The notes beneath the pieces are model-generated. The model saw only the letters and a list, made by a program, of their open reading frames with translations, was not told the origin of the DNA and did no database searches. A stretch of 64,000 nucleotides of DNA from Vicugna vicugna (Eukaryota). A program made the position numbers and the translations under genes. Numbering within the stretch: position 1 is the first letter of the stretch; every line of letters starts with the position of its first letter. Below, one piece after another: positions 1-11,600 of the stretch. The DNA lies in NCBI GenBank assembly GCA_013265495.1, contig MU062233.1, forward strand, positions 7,842,554 through 7,906,553, given 5' to 3'.

Positions 1-100
1 ATTTTAGAGGAGGAAACTAAGATTCAAAGAGATTAAGCAGTTTGCTCCAGGTCACACAGCAGGTATATGTCTGTATTGGGATTCCAACCCAAGTAGTTTG
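1..100 (-). mobile_element. MIR fragment
   Basis: ATTTTAGAGGAGGAAACTAAGATTCAAAGAGATTAAG..TTTGCTCCAGGTCACACAGC (MIR core). Confidence 0.65.
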
Positions 101-2089
101 ATGGCAGAGCTCATTCTTAAAATGGTGTGGGGTGGGAGAAGACCAGATTTTCTCCTACGTTTTAAAGCTGCTTTTCCCCTAAGCCATCTACCTGCCCTTC
201 AAATAAGAAGAGGCCAGTTGATGGGGAGCTCAGTCTATGCCAGGGAGACTTCTGCTCCTGGGCTCTGGAATCTGTTTCTCCTGGGTGGCTCTTTGGCATG
301 TGATGACTGTGAGAGTTGCACTGGCTTCACCCTGCAGAGGCTGAGTTGGCCGCCTTCTCCCCCTCCAGAAGCAAGCTGATGAATGATCTCTGTTGCTGGA
401 TCCCCTCTGCAGTCTCTGGGGAATTCCACTCGTGCCTGTCTTGGCCTGGGAAAGCCAGGTTCCTTCTTGTTGGAGGTGGAACTGGTGACTGGATGTGGGG
501 CAGGCAGGAAAGGCCTGGGCTGCTCCTCCGTGCATGCTGAGCCCTGTGTCCCTGCCCTGGGGAGTGTGGAGCCCTGCTCCACCTCCCTCCCCACACACCC
601 AGACCTCAGGCCCAGAGCCTTTAAGGGTGTGTGCTTCTGTTTGTGGGCAGGTCCCAGCCTGGCTCGTGCCTGGGCGTCATTTTCCTTCCTGGTGGTGTAT
701 GGAAGCTTTCCTGCCGTCACCTCTAGTAGGTTTCCTGAGTGTGTTTCGCTTGGGCCAGCCCTGGGCAGTGTCCTGATCCACTCCCTGACCTTTTGATTTC
801 CTAAACTTTGAGTTCTCTCTTTACAAATAGCCTTTTTCTGGGTGTTTTAGTTTTGCTCTGTGCTCGAGCTCCCTGACGTGCCTCTGGGGTATCTGGGGAC
901 CACCAAAGCCTATGTGAGCCAAGCAGACTCTTCCCCCTCAACCCTGTCTTCCTATCTGGTGATCCTACCCCACCCCCATCCGCCACTCTCTAGTTCCTAC
1001 TGTGCTTGTTGCTGTAGGAGCAGCTCAGGTATCCTAGAAACAAGAAGAGAAACAAAGCTCAGAAAATTCTCCCAGAGGCCTAGAGGCAAAGATCAAACCA
1101 AAACAAAGTTTTCTGAAAGGAAATGAAACAGCACAGGGAGGGTGGAGTGAAGGGCGCTGTGTGTCAGGCAGAGGTGGGTTGAAGTCTCTGGGTAGAGACC
1201 CCTCAGTTTTAGTGGCTCCTGCACCTCTTCTCCAGAGCTCCCCCTTTGCTGCTGTTTCCCCACAGGAAGCCCAGCCCTCACCTGTCACATTTTAAAGCTC
1301 CCCCTGCCCTAGAAGGCCATGCTGGGCCCCAGATAGCTTCTTTGAAGCACTCAGTTTGGTTGAACCCTTGTAATTGACTTAGGCCCCTTCCCTAGCGGCT
1401 CGGTAGAGGGGCCAGGGCCTTTAGAGCCCAGCACAGCCCTTGTTGTCGCTGTGGAGCCGGTCAGTTTGGAGAATGGGTTTCTCTTGACCCCTAATGCCTG
1501 AGTGCAGGGCCTCTGTGCAGAACAGCTACTGGAGTGGGAGCTGGCCCTATCCAGCAGCCAAGCACCAAAAGGCTGGTTTAAGTAGGGAGGAGGAGGGGAA
1601 ACCCGGCTCTCCTGAGAGGGCCCTCCACTTACTCAGCCCATATTGGAATGTATGCTAAGATATCCAGCACCAAAGCTTTGAACTGTGTGTGGAGCCACGG
1701 AATCTCCTCCTGAACTGTGTTCTAGTAACATCTGAGCTGGAGGAGCACGCAGCTGCCTTCTTCCTGTCTGTGGTAAGCACTGTGTGGAGGGTTGCCAGGG
1801 AGTGTGTGGAGTTGTGGGGAGACTGGGTGGACTGGCTGAAGAGGATGCTGGGACTCGCTGTCCTGATGGCTATGAATCATACACCAGGGCACTCACAAGC
1901 ATCAGTCCTCTCAGCGCCTTTTCTCCTGGTTTCCGAACAGAGCTCACACCTGAAACCAGGGCCCCTCAGTTCTTCCCAAAACAGCTTGTTCATCGATACA
2001 GTCTGTTCATTCATCTGTTCAGCAGATACTGCTCTGGTCCAGGTAGTGTTCCAGCCACAGGGTGTACAGCAGTAGACAGACAGTGTCAC

Positions 2090-2480
2090 TCACTGCTTTT
2101 GTGAGGTTTAGGGTCAAAGAGGACAAGCAGACAGTACACATGTAAGCAAATAAATGAGCATATCAAAGAGTGGTAAGTGTTCTGAGGAGAATAAACCCGA
2201 ATGATGGAAAGGAGAGTAAGTGAGTAACTAAGAGCAGGGTGGGGTGGGGCTACTTTAAGATTGGATGGTCAGGGCTCAGTGGGTGCTAACATTTAAGCTG
2301 ATGTCTGAATGATATCAAGGAGGAATCTGCAGTGAAGAGCTGCACTTCCAGAGGGAGGAGACCTCAACAGCAAAGGTCCCAAAGAAAGGAGGAATCAGTT
2401 CATTGCTTGAGTAGCTAAACAGTGGCCATGGTGGCTAGACCATAGTGAGTGAAAGGAAGGGGGCTCAGACACTGTCTTTT
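2090..2480 (-). mobile_element. L2 fragment
   Basis: GGTAAGTGTTCTGAGGAGAATAAA...ACATTTAAGCTGATGTCTGAATGA...GCAAAGGTCCC. Confidence 0.6.
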
Positions 2481-3039
2481 GGACCTGGCTTGTCATTCTT
2501 ACAGCTCACAGAGATTCACCTCTTGTCCTGGAAGGGAATATGTTTAGAGTCCTCTGGGCAGAGAGAAGTGTAATTCTCTCTGTTAGTGTAGTGTAATTCG
2601 CTGTGTTATTCACTGGCTTATTACCACCAAGTCTTTTCTCGTGCCTTTGGGGGACAGCGCCTCATAGAGCATACTAGAAACTGAGATCACAGTGGGTCTC
2701 ATGGCCTGGCCTAAGAAAGTTATTTATTTGGAAAGCACTGGATTCCAGATATCTAAAGAGGACCACAACCAAGGATGTCCTAGGAACCATCCTAGACTCA
2801 GTATCTCTTAGAATAATTAAAGCTGTAAGATTTCCTCTTTGGGAGCGAATCTTGGGGGACAGTTTATAATTGCACACCTGAATGAGGACCCTAGCAAGTC
2901 CTGCCTGGGATACCGTAGTTTGGCTTCCTGTTCTAACTGCTGACCCTCTGGCTAGCCCTTTCCTTGTTGTTGGTGCACCAGAGTACTCGTCAAGAAGATG
3001 ACTAGGAGCACCATGCTGGTTACTTTGCACATTATTCAG

Positions 3040-3190
3040 TTCTCAAAACAATTCTGTGACATAGATATTATTATTCCTGTTTTACAGATGAGAAAACTGA
3101 GGTTCAGAGAAATTAAGGAATATGCCCAAGATCACACAGTATGTTAGCAGACAGGTCTGCCTGACCCCAGTTTTCTTGTTCTTTCCACCA
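3040..3190 (-). mobile_element. MIR
   Basis: CCTGTTTTACAGATGAGAAAACTGAGGTTCAGAGAAATTAAGG..TGCCCAAGATCACACAG. Confidence 0.8.
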
Positions 3191-3319
3191 TCACCCCACC
3201 CTCAAGTGTCAGTGAGTCCTAATAGTCTAAGGGAGAACTGTGGACCTACCCTGGGGCCTGCTACTCAGGAGGTCCCTTGGCAGTCAGGGCTTTGAGATCT
3301 GGTAGCTGGTGACTTACAG

Positions 3320-3610
3320 ATTTATTCGCTAATGTTTACTGAGTGCCTGTTTTCTAGGCCCTTGGGATGTACCAGTAAGCAAAATAAACAAATACCACCA
3401 TCATAGAGCAGTCTAGTGATGAAAACAGATCCTCTCACCCTCCCCCCTCAAAAAAGTAAATTATACGGAATATTACAAGTTGATTTATGCTTTGGAAAAA
3501 GTATAAGCAATAAGCAGTGAAAGGGAGTAGGGAATGTAGAGCTGCGGGGTTGTAATGTTAAACAGGGCTACATGGTGGCATTTGAGCAAGGCTTGAAGGA
3601 CCTTTGGTGT
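3320..3610 (-). mobile_element. L2 fragment
   Basis: ATGTTTACTGAGTGCCTG...GCATTTGAGCAAGGCTTGAAGG. Confidence 0.6.
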
Positions 3611-5394
3611 ACCTCTGTGAGTCACCTTCTGATTTTACTTGGTCTGAAAGAAATTCTGCGGTGCAGGGTTGCTGCTCAGGCCTTCTGTGTCCTGCTCCTT
3701 GTATGTGCTTCTGCATTCATTGTCCACTCAAGTCTCATTTGTTTCTGCCTTCTGGAGGATGGAGTCATAGGAGGTGGACCCTGTGGGCATGCTGGGCTCT
3801 TTGTGATGGCACTGGACCTGTCCAGGGAAGCAGCTGTCGAGGACTTGGCCCTTCCTGGTTCAGAGAAGTTCCTGGGCAGTGGGCCCAGCACCTGGCAATG
3901 GTGCTCTACCACGTGACTGCCAGGTTGAGGCCCTGAGGGCCGGAGGCCTCACTGTCTCCCTGTGAGAGTAAGCAGCCTCCCTGCACCCTGGGGTTCTGAA
4001 TTACAGGACTCAGCCAGCCTAGCCCTTGTCACATTGGGCGCTGCAGCCAGTACTGCTGCACAGACATGTGCAGATGACTGCCTGCTGGGCTGGCCAGGGT
4101 CAAGGGATGTGGAGGCCAAGGGCCAAAGTTTGATGCAAACCACACCCCACCGTCCCTTCCCCAGCAAACTGAGGAACTTGCTCAAAGGTCAAAGAAGACT
4201 GAGGAGACTCCCATATCAGTGTTTCTGAGGTCTTTTTTCTTGGGAAGACCTCAGCAAGCTGGGCACAGGAGGACCTTAGATGTCTTTGCCAGGATCTGCC
4301 TTCACTTCAGCATCTGCATTTTTGTCCTTGCAAGTGGAGCTGTGACCATGGGTTGGTCTCTTTCTTGCTCTTCCTCTGTTTAGAAGATTTCCAAATTTGA
4401 ATAATTGGAAGTAAAAATTTCAGCTGAAGGGCCTACCTCTGTGTGTTTCCCTCCTTTGCTTAACTCTCCCATGCCACAGGTGAGAATTCTCCAGGCTATA
4501 CCTGAGGGGGAGGGTTGGGAGGTGCTAGAGAAGGGAAGGGTTGCCTCATCGCCAGTCTCCATCTTTCTGTCTCCATTGACTTCCTACACACACAAGCCAC
4601 TCTCTTTCCTCCTTCTACTGTGGAGTCAAATTGAGGGGAAGCAGGAAACAGAAGACGTGTGGCCCAGCAAGACTCAGAATTTATGTGTAGTGACTTGGAA
4701 AGTTGTTTTAAGCTGTCTAATGCACTGCCCTTGAAAGGTCACCATGCAGCTTTGGGTTTAAAGGAAAACTCAAAAGCCACCATAGAGCCCTCATCACCTG
4801 CCTTTTCTGGATTTGAAATGTGACTGTCCCGAATATGCAGCATTGAGTCAGTTCAAGTCAGGTCAGCTCTCAGCCGGAGCCCTTTGCCATGGTTTATCTC
4901 GAGCTGACCTGAAAGCTAGGTAACCTGAAACCACTCAGACTGGAAGCCATTGCCAGAGAGGTGAGCCTGCAGAGGGCCTTCTTAGCAGGTCAGCACAGAG
5001 AGCGAGAGAACGTCTGTTCTCCCAAAAACTTGCTGGGCTTTTCATGATGGTGGCCTGGGGGTTATCCGTTTTCATACACTGAATAAAGTATTAAAATCTA
5101 AATGTCTAGAGCTATGAACTTTGCACTATAACTGCTATAATTTTCATGCACCCTGTTATGATTTCCAAAATTTCTGTAACCTGAATCCTTTTTCCCTCCA
5201 AGTGTCCCTGTCGTTTCTTCCTCTTCTCAGAGGCGCCCCCCCCCCCGACTCCCTGAGCATTAGGTCTGTGTGCTTCCTGCGTTTAAGTCTCTCCTCTTCC
5301 ACTTCGGTTTTCTCTACTTTCTCCCATTCACTCCACTATGCTTTTCTTAGAGCTCGGCTGCTGGAATCCTGGCTCTGTTTTGCATTAGCTGAGA

Positions 5395-5562
5395 GGCCTT
5401 GAACAATGCCTCTGAACTTGTTTCTCCATCTTAAAGTGGGGATGATTGTACCAGCATCACAAGCTTGTCATAAGGATTAGCTAATAAGACCAGACGTCTA
5501 AGGTGCTTAGCAGAGTGCCTGCTACACAGAAAATGCTTGATAAATGGTAACTCTTGTTATTG
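5395..5562 (+). mobile_element. MIR
   Basis: CTCTGAACTTGTTTCTCCATCTTAAAGTGGGGATGAT...AGAGTGCCTGCTACACAG..ATGCTTGATAAAT. Confidence 0.7.
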
Positions 5563-6029
5563 AATGGGAAGAGCAGTAGACTGGTTACTAAAGGCAGTGG
5601 AAGCCTTCGTGTTTAGAGTCCGTTGAAGCTCTTGTGTAGTGCTTGCTTTTTAGCTTAGCCAGGAGATGTCACTTCCTTCATCTTTTTATGTTTCTGTGCT
5701 GCTGTCCTAGACACTCAAGTTGGTTTCTCCCTCTCCATTTCCTCCGTCCCTTTCTTGCTACCTTCCAAGCTCATCATCTCCTAAGTGGGTGAAGATGGAG
5801 ATATTTTGTTTCCCCAAGCTTAACCCAGCTCTCCTTCCTTGGCTGCCTTCCCAGAACAAAAAATAAAGCCTCTTTTAAAGTTTTTACCATTGCTCAGATC
5901 TTAACAGGACTCACCTCCATTTTTCCAAAGGAAAAACCCGACACAGTCCTGAGCACCTTGTTCCCCACTGCCAGGAGTCTCTTTTAGCGCCCTGTCCGTG
6001 CTCCAGGAGGAGTAATAGTAATTTGCTAT

Positions 6030-6230
6030 TTGTTTGGCTCCCGCTATGTGTCAAAATTTTTTACTTAATCTCCACAGAAGTTCCAAGAGCTCAATCCTCG
6101 TGGCTTCTTTTTCACAGATAAGGTAATAGGCTGTGACTTGCCCAGCCAGGGTCGCAAAGCTGTAGATGGCAGAATGAGGACTCAAATCCTGTTCTCTGAC
6201 TCCAAAGCTCACAATGTCCTCACTGCCCCA
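6030..6230 (-). mobile_element. MIR
   Basis: TTTTCACAGATAAGG...TGACTTGCCCAG..GGGTCGCAAAGCTG...GGACTCAAATCCTG..CTGACTCCAAAGCTC. Confidence 0.65.
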
Positions 6231-6359
6231 CACTGTCTCAGAGGACCCAGCGGTCCTCAGTGCTTCCTTCCATAGAAGACAGGTGGGGTAGGCAGGAGGG
6301 AGGAGAGCTGGACCTACAGATACCTGAGCGGGACCAAGCTAGTGGACCAAGGCGGGGCG

Positions 6360-6860
6360 TTCATACATTCAATAAATGGTTCTTAAACAACCGCAATGGG
6401 CCAGACTCCACTAGGCACAGGAGACAAAGCAGTTAGTGAAGCTAGACGCACTTCTCACCCTCATGGGAGGCACAGGTCTAGTGGGAGCGGCAATCAACAA
6501 TAAATGTAAAATTGCAGTTGTGATAAATGTCATGCAAGGTTGATACAACTGTGTTATGAGATCATATACTGAGGCCATCTGACCTGAGATCGAAAGAGGA
6601 CTAAGGGTTAACTAGTTGGAAAAGGGAGAGAAGAATGTTCTAAACAGGGGAAAGGGCTCTTGCAAAGGCCTAGAGTAGGAGGAACATAGCAAGTTAAAGG
6701 GAGTGAAAGAATGTGGTTGGAGCATGGTTCGTGGTGAGGATGGAGGCTGGTCAGGCGCCACACCACCCAGTGCCTTCATGTGTACTTAAGGGCTCGGGTC
6801 ATAGAAGCTCCGCAGGGATGCTCAGCAAGAGTGACACAGTCAGATCGGAGGTGCGCACCT
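6360..6860 (-). mobile_element. L2 fragment
   Basis: TTCATACATTCAATAAATGG...CACTAGGCACAGGAGACAAAGCAG...GGGAAAGGGCTCTTGCAAAGGCCTAGAG. Confidence 0.6.
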
Positions 6861-8624
6861 ATTTGGTGTAAAGAGCAGTGGACACTGGCAGACCTATGAG
6901 TTCTGGCTCTGTTCTTTATAGGAGCCTATGTTTCTGAGCCTGAGTTTCCTCATCTCAAAATTTTGGAGGGTTGGACCAGGTGACCTTTATAGTTACCTAG
7001 CACAGTGTGCTTAATTCCTTCCATCCTTCTTTCCAGCTCTGAGTTTCTATGAATCTTACCTATTTTGGAGGAATTAGGCCCCTTGTATCTGGGCCTGCCC
7101 CTAAAGGAAGCTGGACAAGTGTGCATGGGGTGTGTGTGTGTGTGCGTGTTGGGAAAGGGGAGGAAGACTGGTGGGGTACAGAGTTTCCAAAGCCATTTAA
7201 TTTTGGTCTTATTTTTAAAAACCCTCCTGACATGGCATTCTAGAAGGGAAAGGGTGGGAGAGTGGAAGTTGGTATAAAGAAAGAAATGAGAAAGTACTGA
7301 GGAAAGGGAAGCAGAAAAGTTAGCAGATAGGAGAGAAGAAAGAAAACAGTGAAGAAGGATTTGGGGGAGGGGTTAGAGGAGAAGATGATGTGACTCCGGA
7401 ATTCCAAGGCTGTTGGTCAGCCTGGCAGCTCTGAGCATAGCTGGTATACCTCTGAGATCCCAGCATCCCCAGCAATTACCAGTGGAATTTGCATATTGAA
7501 GTGGTTTATTGAGCCTGAGATGCTGAGCACTCACCCGCAGCCTGTGCCTGCCTTCCTTTCGAATTTCTAGCAAGCAGTGGGTTTCAGGTGTGGGGGTTGC
7601 AGTGGTTTCCAGCTAAACAAGGCTGGGTCTGGGGGATGTAGCCCTCTGACAGTTCTCTCCCCGTCCCCTTATCTGGTGTAGCAGGCTCCACGCTTGCTCC
7701 TGTCAGGTAGTTACAGTGCTGATGAAGTGATGAGGCAGAAGGGCAGTGGGCCCAGGCCTGCTGACAGCCGGAGAGCCTGAGGGAGAATGCTGCTGGCCAT
7801 GGCTTCCCGCTTCCTGCCCCTGACTCCTGCTACCCGGCCTCCCCTCTGGAGCTGCCTCTGGAAATCAGTCTGATCCTGATCCCATCCAGCCTCACCTTCT
7901 GGCTGGAGAGGGTGCTCCCAGCCTTTTCTGATTGTCTTCTGGCAGTCTGGAGGGTTCTTCTTAGGCTCCTTGGGGCCAGGGATTCTCAGAGCTGGGCCCA
8001 GGGGTTCTGAGGCACTGAACAGGCTTCCCTAGGCCCTCTGAGGCTCTCCTGCCTCTCCCTCTAGGCTTGCTGAGCCTCCTTGCAGTTCTGGCCCCCTGCC
8101 TCCCACCCATTCCCTCACCTGCCATGTAGAAGGTGAGAGGGGTTGGCCCCTGCCGAGTACACACATGGGCACACACTCACATGAGGTCTTACTCCTCCTT
8201 GGAGCGCAAATACTTGATTGATGTGTGGCTCCAGCCTGGGAACTGGCTATCCATCTGTGGCCTGCTTTGCCCAAATCACGTGAGTTCTTCCTCCTGGGCC
8301 CCGTCCTGGGCTGTGCATGAGGACCGTGGGAAGGTCTGTGTCCCTGCTGCCCTTTGTGGCAGAGATAGTGCTGGTGCTTAGGGACCCGCTGGAAACAGAC
8401 TTCCAGGGAGCCCTTTAACCCTCATGCAGCTGCAGAGATAGGCCCCTGTGGGTGGTGAAAGGGAGCAAGAGGAACAGGTCTCCAGGAGAGAGCAGTCAGT
8501 TGCCCTCGGTGGCAAGCAGAGCCCCTCTGAGCTTGCTCACCTGGTCTCCTTCTGCTGGGTGACTGGAGTTCCTAGGGGAGCTGTGGTTTGGTGCTGAAGT
8601 TGGTTGTCTCACTCATCTCCCCAG

Positions 8625-11600
8625 GTGTGTGGTCGTGCTGTTCAATCCCAGGAAGCACAAACAGCACCACATCCTCAACAGTTCCAGGTAAATGGGCCTG
8701 GGCCCTTGGGGAACATCTCCTGGGGGCTGTGAGATGGGCACTGTTTGGGGTCTCTGTGGCCCTGGGTACTGGGACCTGGTTGGGCCCCAGGTCCAGATAG
8801 GGAAATACCACATATGCTGTTGATGTCCCTGGTCTTGCCTTTTGAGGAGACTGTGAGGGAGCCAGCCTGCCAGTGCCCTTTTGAGCCAGCCTCATTTCTT
8901 GCAGGAAAACCATCACCGCCCTTGCCTTCTCCCCTGACGGCAAGTACCTGGTCACTGGAGAGGTGAGTGGGGAAAGGGGGGCTGGAGTACTCTGAAGCAC
9001 ACGGGTGGCCTGGTCTCAGCAGAGGGCTACAGTCCTGGGCCTGGTTAGGGCCTCTGCCCTTCTGGCCTCCTGAACTGATGCCAGATCCCAGTTTTTGCTG
9101 TGTCTTGAAGCAGTGGTTCTGCAGCCTTAGTGGCTTACTGGGTACCAGAATCACCTGGAGGGCTTGTTAAAGTGCACGTTGCTGGGCCTACCCACAGAGT
9201 TTCTGGTTCTATAGGTCTGGAAGGGGACCCCAAAATTTGCATTTCTAACAGGTTCCCAGATCATGCTGATTCTGCTGGTTTGGGAAGCGCGCTTTGAAAA
9301 CCACTGCCTTAGAATATTCCTTATCCCCGGAGGCCCCCTGCTGGGCACAGGAGGGACACCTCTGCCATCTCAGCCTTGTACAGGGAGGCAGTGGGGGCAG
9401 AAATAGGCGTGGGTGGTAGTGGTTCTCAACCCTGGCTGCTCACCAGAATCACTCAAGGAGTTTTGAACAAAAACAGAGGTGCAAACCCTCACCGAGAGAT
9501 ATTGAACCAAATCTGGGGCTGTTTTCTCTGTTAATTGTTGTCCTGAGATATTTATCATGTTTTCTCTATTCCTTTGCCCTGTGTAGCACTCTGCTCTCAT
9601 CCGGGGGGGGGTCATTAGACTCTACCCAGGAGCTAGAGGGGTGGGGACCCCCACCCTGAAAGGCTGGAGGCTGCTATGTGCCTCTGGTCCTCACTTCCGG
9701 TTCTTTCCTCTCTGCAGAGTGGGCACATGCCAGCCGTGCGGGTTTGGGATGTAGCTGAGCACAGCCAGGTGGCAGAGCTGCAGGAGCACAAGTATGGTGT
9801 GGCTTGTGTGGCCTTCTCCCCTAGCGCCAAGTACATCGTCTCTGTGGGCTACCAACATGACATGATCGTCAATGTCTGGTCCTGGAAGGTAAGTGGGCTC
9901 AGTGGGCTAGCCTGGCAGCCTCATGGGGGTCCAGGGGCCTTCTGGGGAGCTGGGAAACTGTTGACCTCAGCCCTTCCATTCCACCCTGCTGGTCTCAGTC
10001 TCATTCTAGAAAACAATCTGAAGCAGAAAAAAGCAACTGCGCAGCCCAGCATGTTGGTAGAAAGAGGCTAGCTTTATGCCTTTGAGGATTGAATCTCTTC
10101 AACTCCTCTAGAAAGTGATTCTCCTCCCTCCCCTCTTTTTCTGGCCAGTGAATCCTGGAAAGAAACTTTTTTTTTAAGTACAAATCCTATCTAACCTTCC
10201 TCCATCCTCTGAGCCTCTTTCTTCTTGGCCCCAAGAGGCAGAACTTTGATTCTTCCTTTGGCTTTCCCTCCAGAAAAACATTGTGGTGGCCTCCAATAAA
10301 GTGTCCAGTCGGGTCACAGCAGTGTCCTTCTCTGAAGATTGCAGCTACTTTGTCACTGCAGGCAACCGGCACATCAAATTCTGGTACCTTGATGACAGCA
10401 AGACCTCAAAGGTAAGGTCCTGAGGATGGAAGTAGCCCTGGAGGCCAGGGTCTGCTCAGCCCACCCCAGGAGACCCTGCTCCCTTTGGGACCCTCTCTGC
10501 TTGCTTGGTCACCATCCATAAGTTTTGGATGAGCCAATGCTATCTGGGCCGAGGGATAGTCTCAAAGGGTAATGGAGGCTTACTGTGTCTCCTCCCTCAC
10601 TCTCCCCAGCCCATGGTGTCCAGTGGCCCCTGGGAGGATGGGTGGGCAGCAGAGATGTGTCTCCACAGGTGAATGCCACTGTGCCCCTGCTGGGCCGCTC
10701 AGGGCTGCTGGGGGAGCTGCGGAACAACCTGTTCACCGATGTGGCCTGTGGCCGAGGGAAGAAAGCGGACAGCACCTTCTGCATCACGTCCTCAGGGCTG
10801 CTGTGCGAGTTCAGTGATCGCAGGCTTTTGGATAAGTGGGTGGAGCTGAGAGTAAGTACCTCTGTACCAGTGCGGGGGTGGGGAGGCTGCCTGCGTCTCA
10901 GCTCAGGGGGAACTGATGCTGCGGCTCCATGCCGGGGGCAGGGCCCTTGTGCATGCAGCAGGGGACCCCAGAAGAAAGGAGCTCGAGGGAGCCAGAGCTT
11001 GGCCCGGCTCTAGCCCATGCAGATCTGTATAACTGCCTCCTCTCTGCTCTCTCTTTCTGTCTTTCTTTCCCCTGCTTTCCTCTTCTGCTCAGAACACAGA
11101 CAGCTTCACAGTAAGTGGTGCTAGACTCTCCTCTCTTTCTCTTGCTGCTCCTTTCTCTTTGTTGGGCTTTTCCTACTTTGCCCTCTTTGCCAAAACCTCT
11201 AGTGCCCTAGAAGGGTCCCCGACACCCATCCCCCATCTGCACGTGGCCTTGGGCCCTCTGGCCACCTGCTGCTGGAGGGCGGGGCATCTCTACATGACAG
11301 CTGAGGGGCTCAGGCCAGAGCAACTGGGCTGCTTTCCCCTCTCCCCTGCCTTGGCTGGTGTCTCCTCTTGGCAGGTGACTGTTGAGGAGGGGTTGCGCAG
11401 GTGGCCCACGCTGACCTGAGCCCCTCTGCCTGCAGACCACCGTGGCCCACTGCATCTCCGTCAGCCAAGACTACATCTTCTGTGGCTGCGCTGATGGCAC
11501 CGTGCGCCTCTTCAACCCCTGTAATCTGCACTTCCTCAGTACCCTGCCCCGGCCCCACGCCCTGGGGACAGACATTGCCAGTGTCACAGAGGCCAGGTGA

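Noticed and set aside
4844-4850. AP-1 site TGAGTCA in the MAPKBP1 intron
   Set aside because: A single 7-mer is expected by chance and does not extend to a full ARE/MARE. No supporting data.
98-8600. Many 60-160 aa ORFs in the first 8.6 kb
   Set aside because: They lie in a long MAPKBP1 intron rich in MIR and L2 fragments, with no recognisable domain, no consistent splice or phase structure, and lengths expected by chance in GC-rich DNA.
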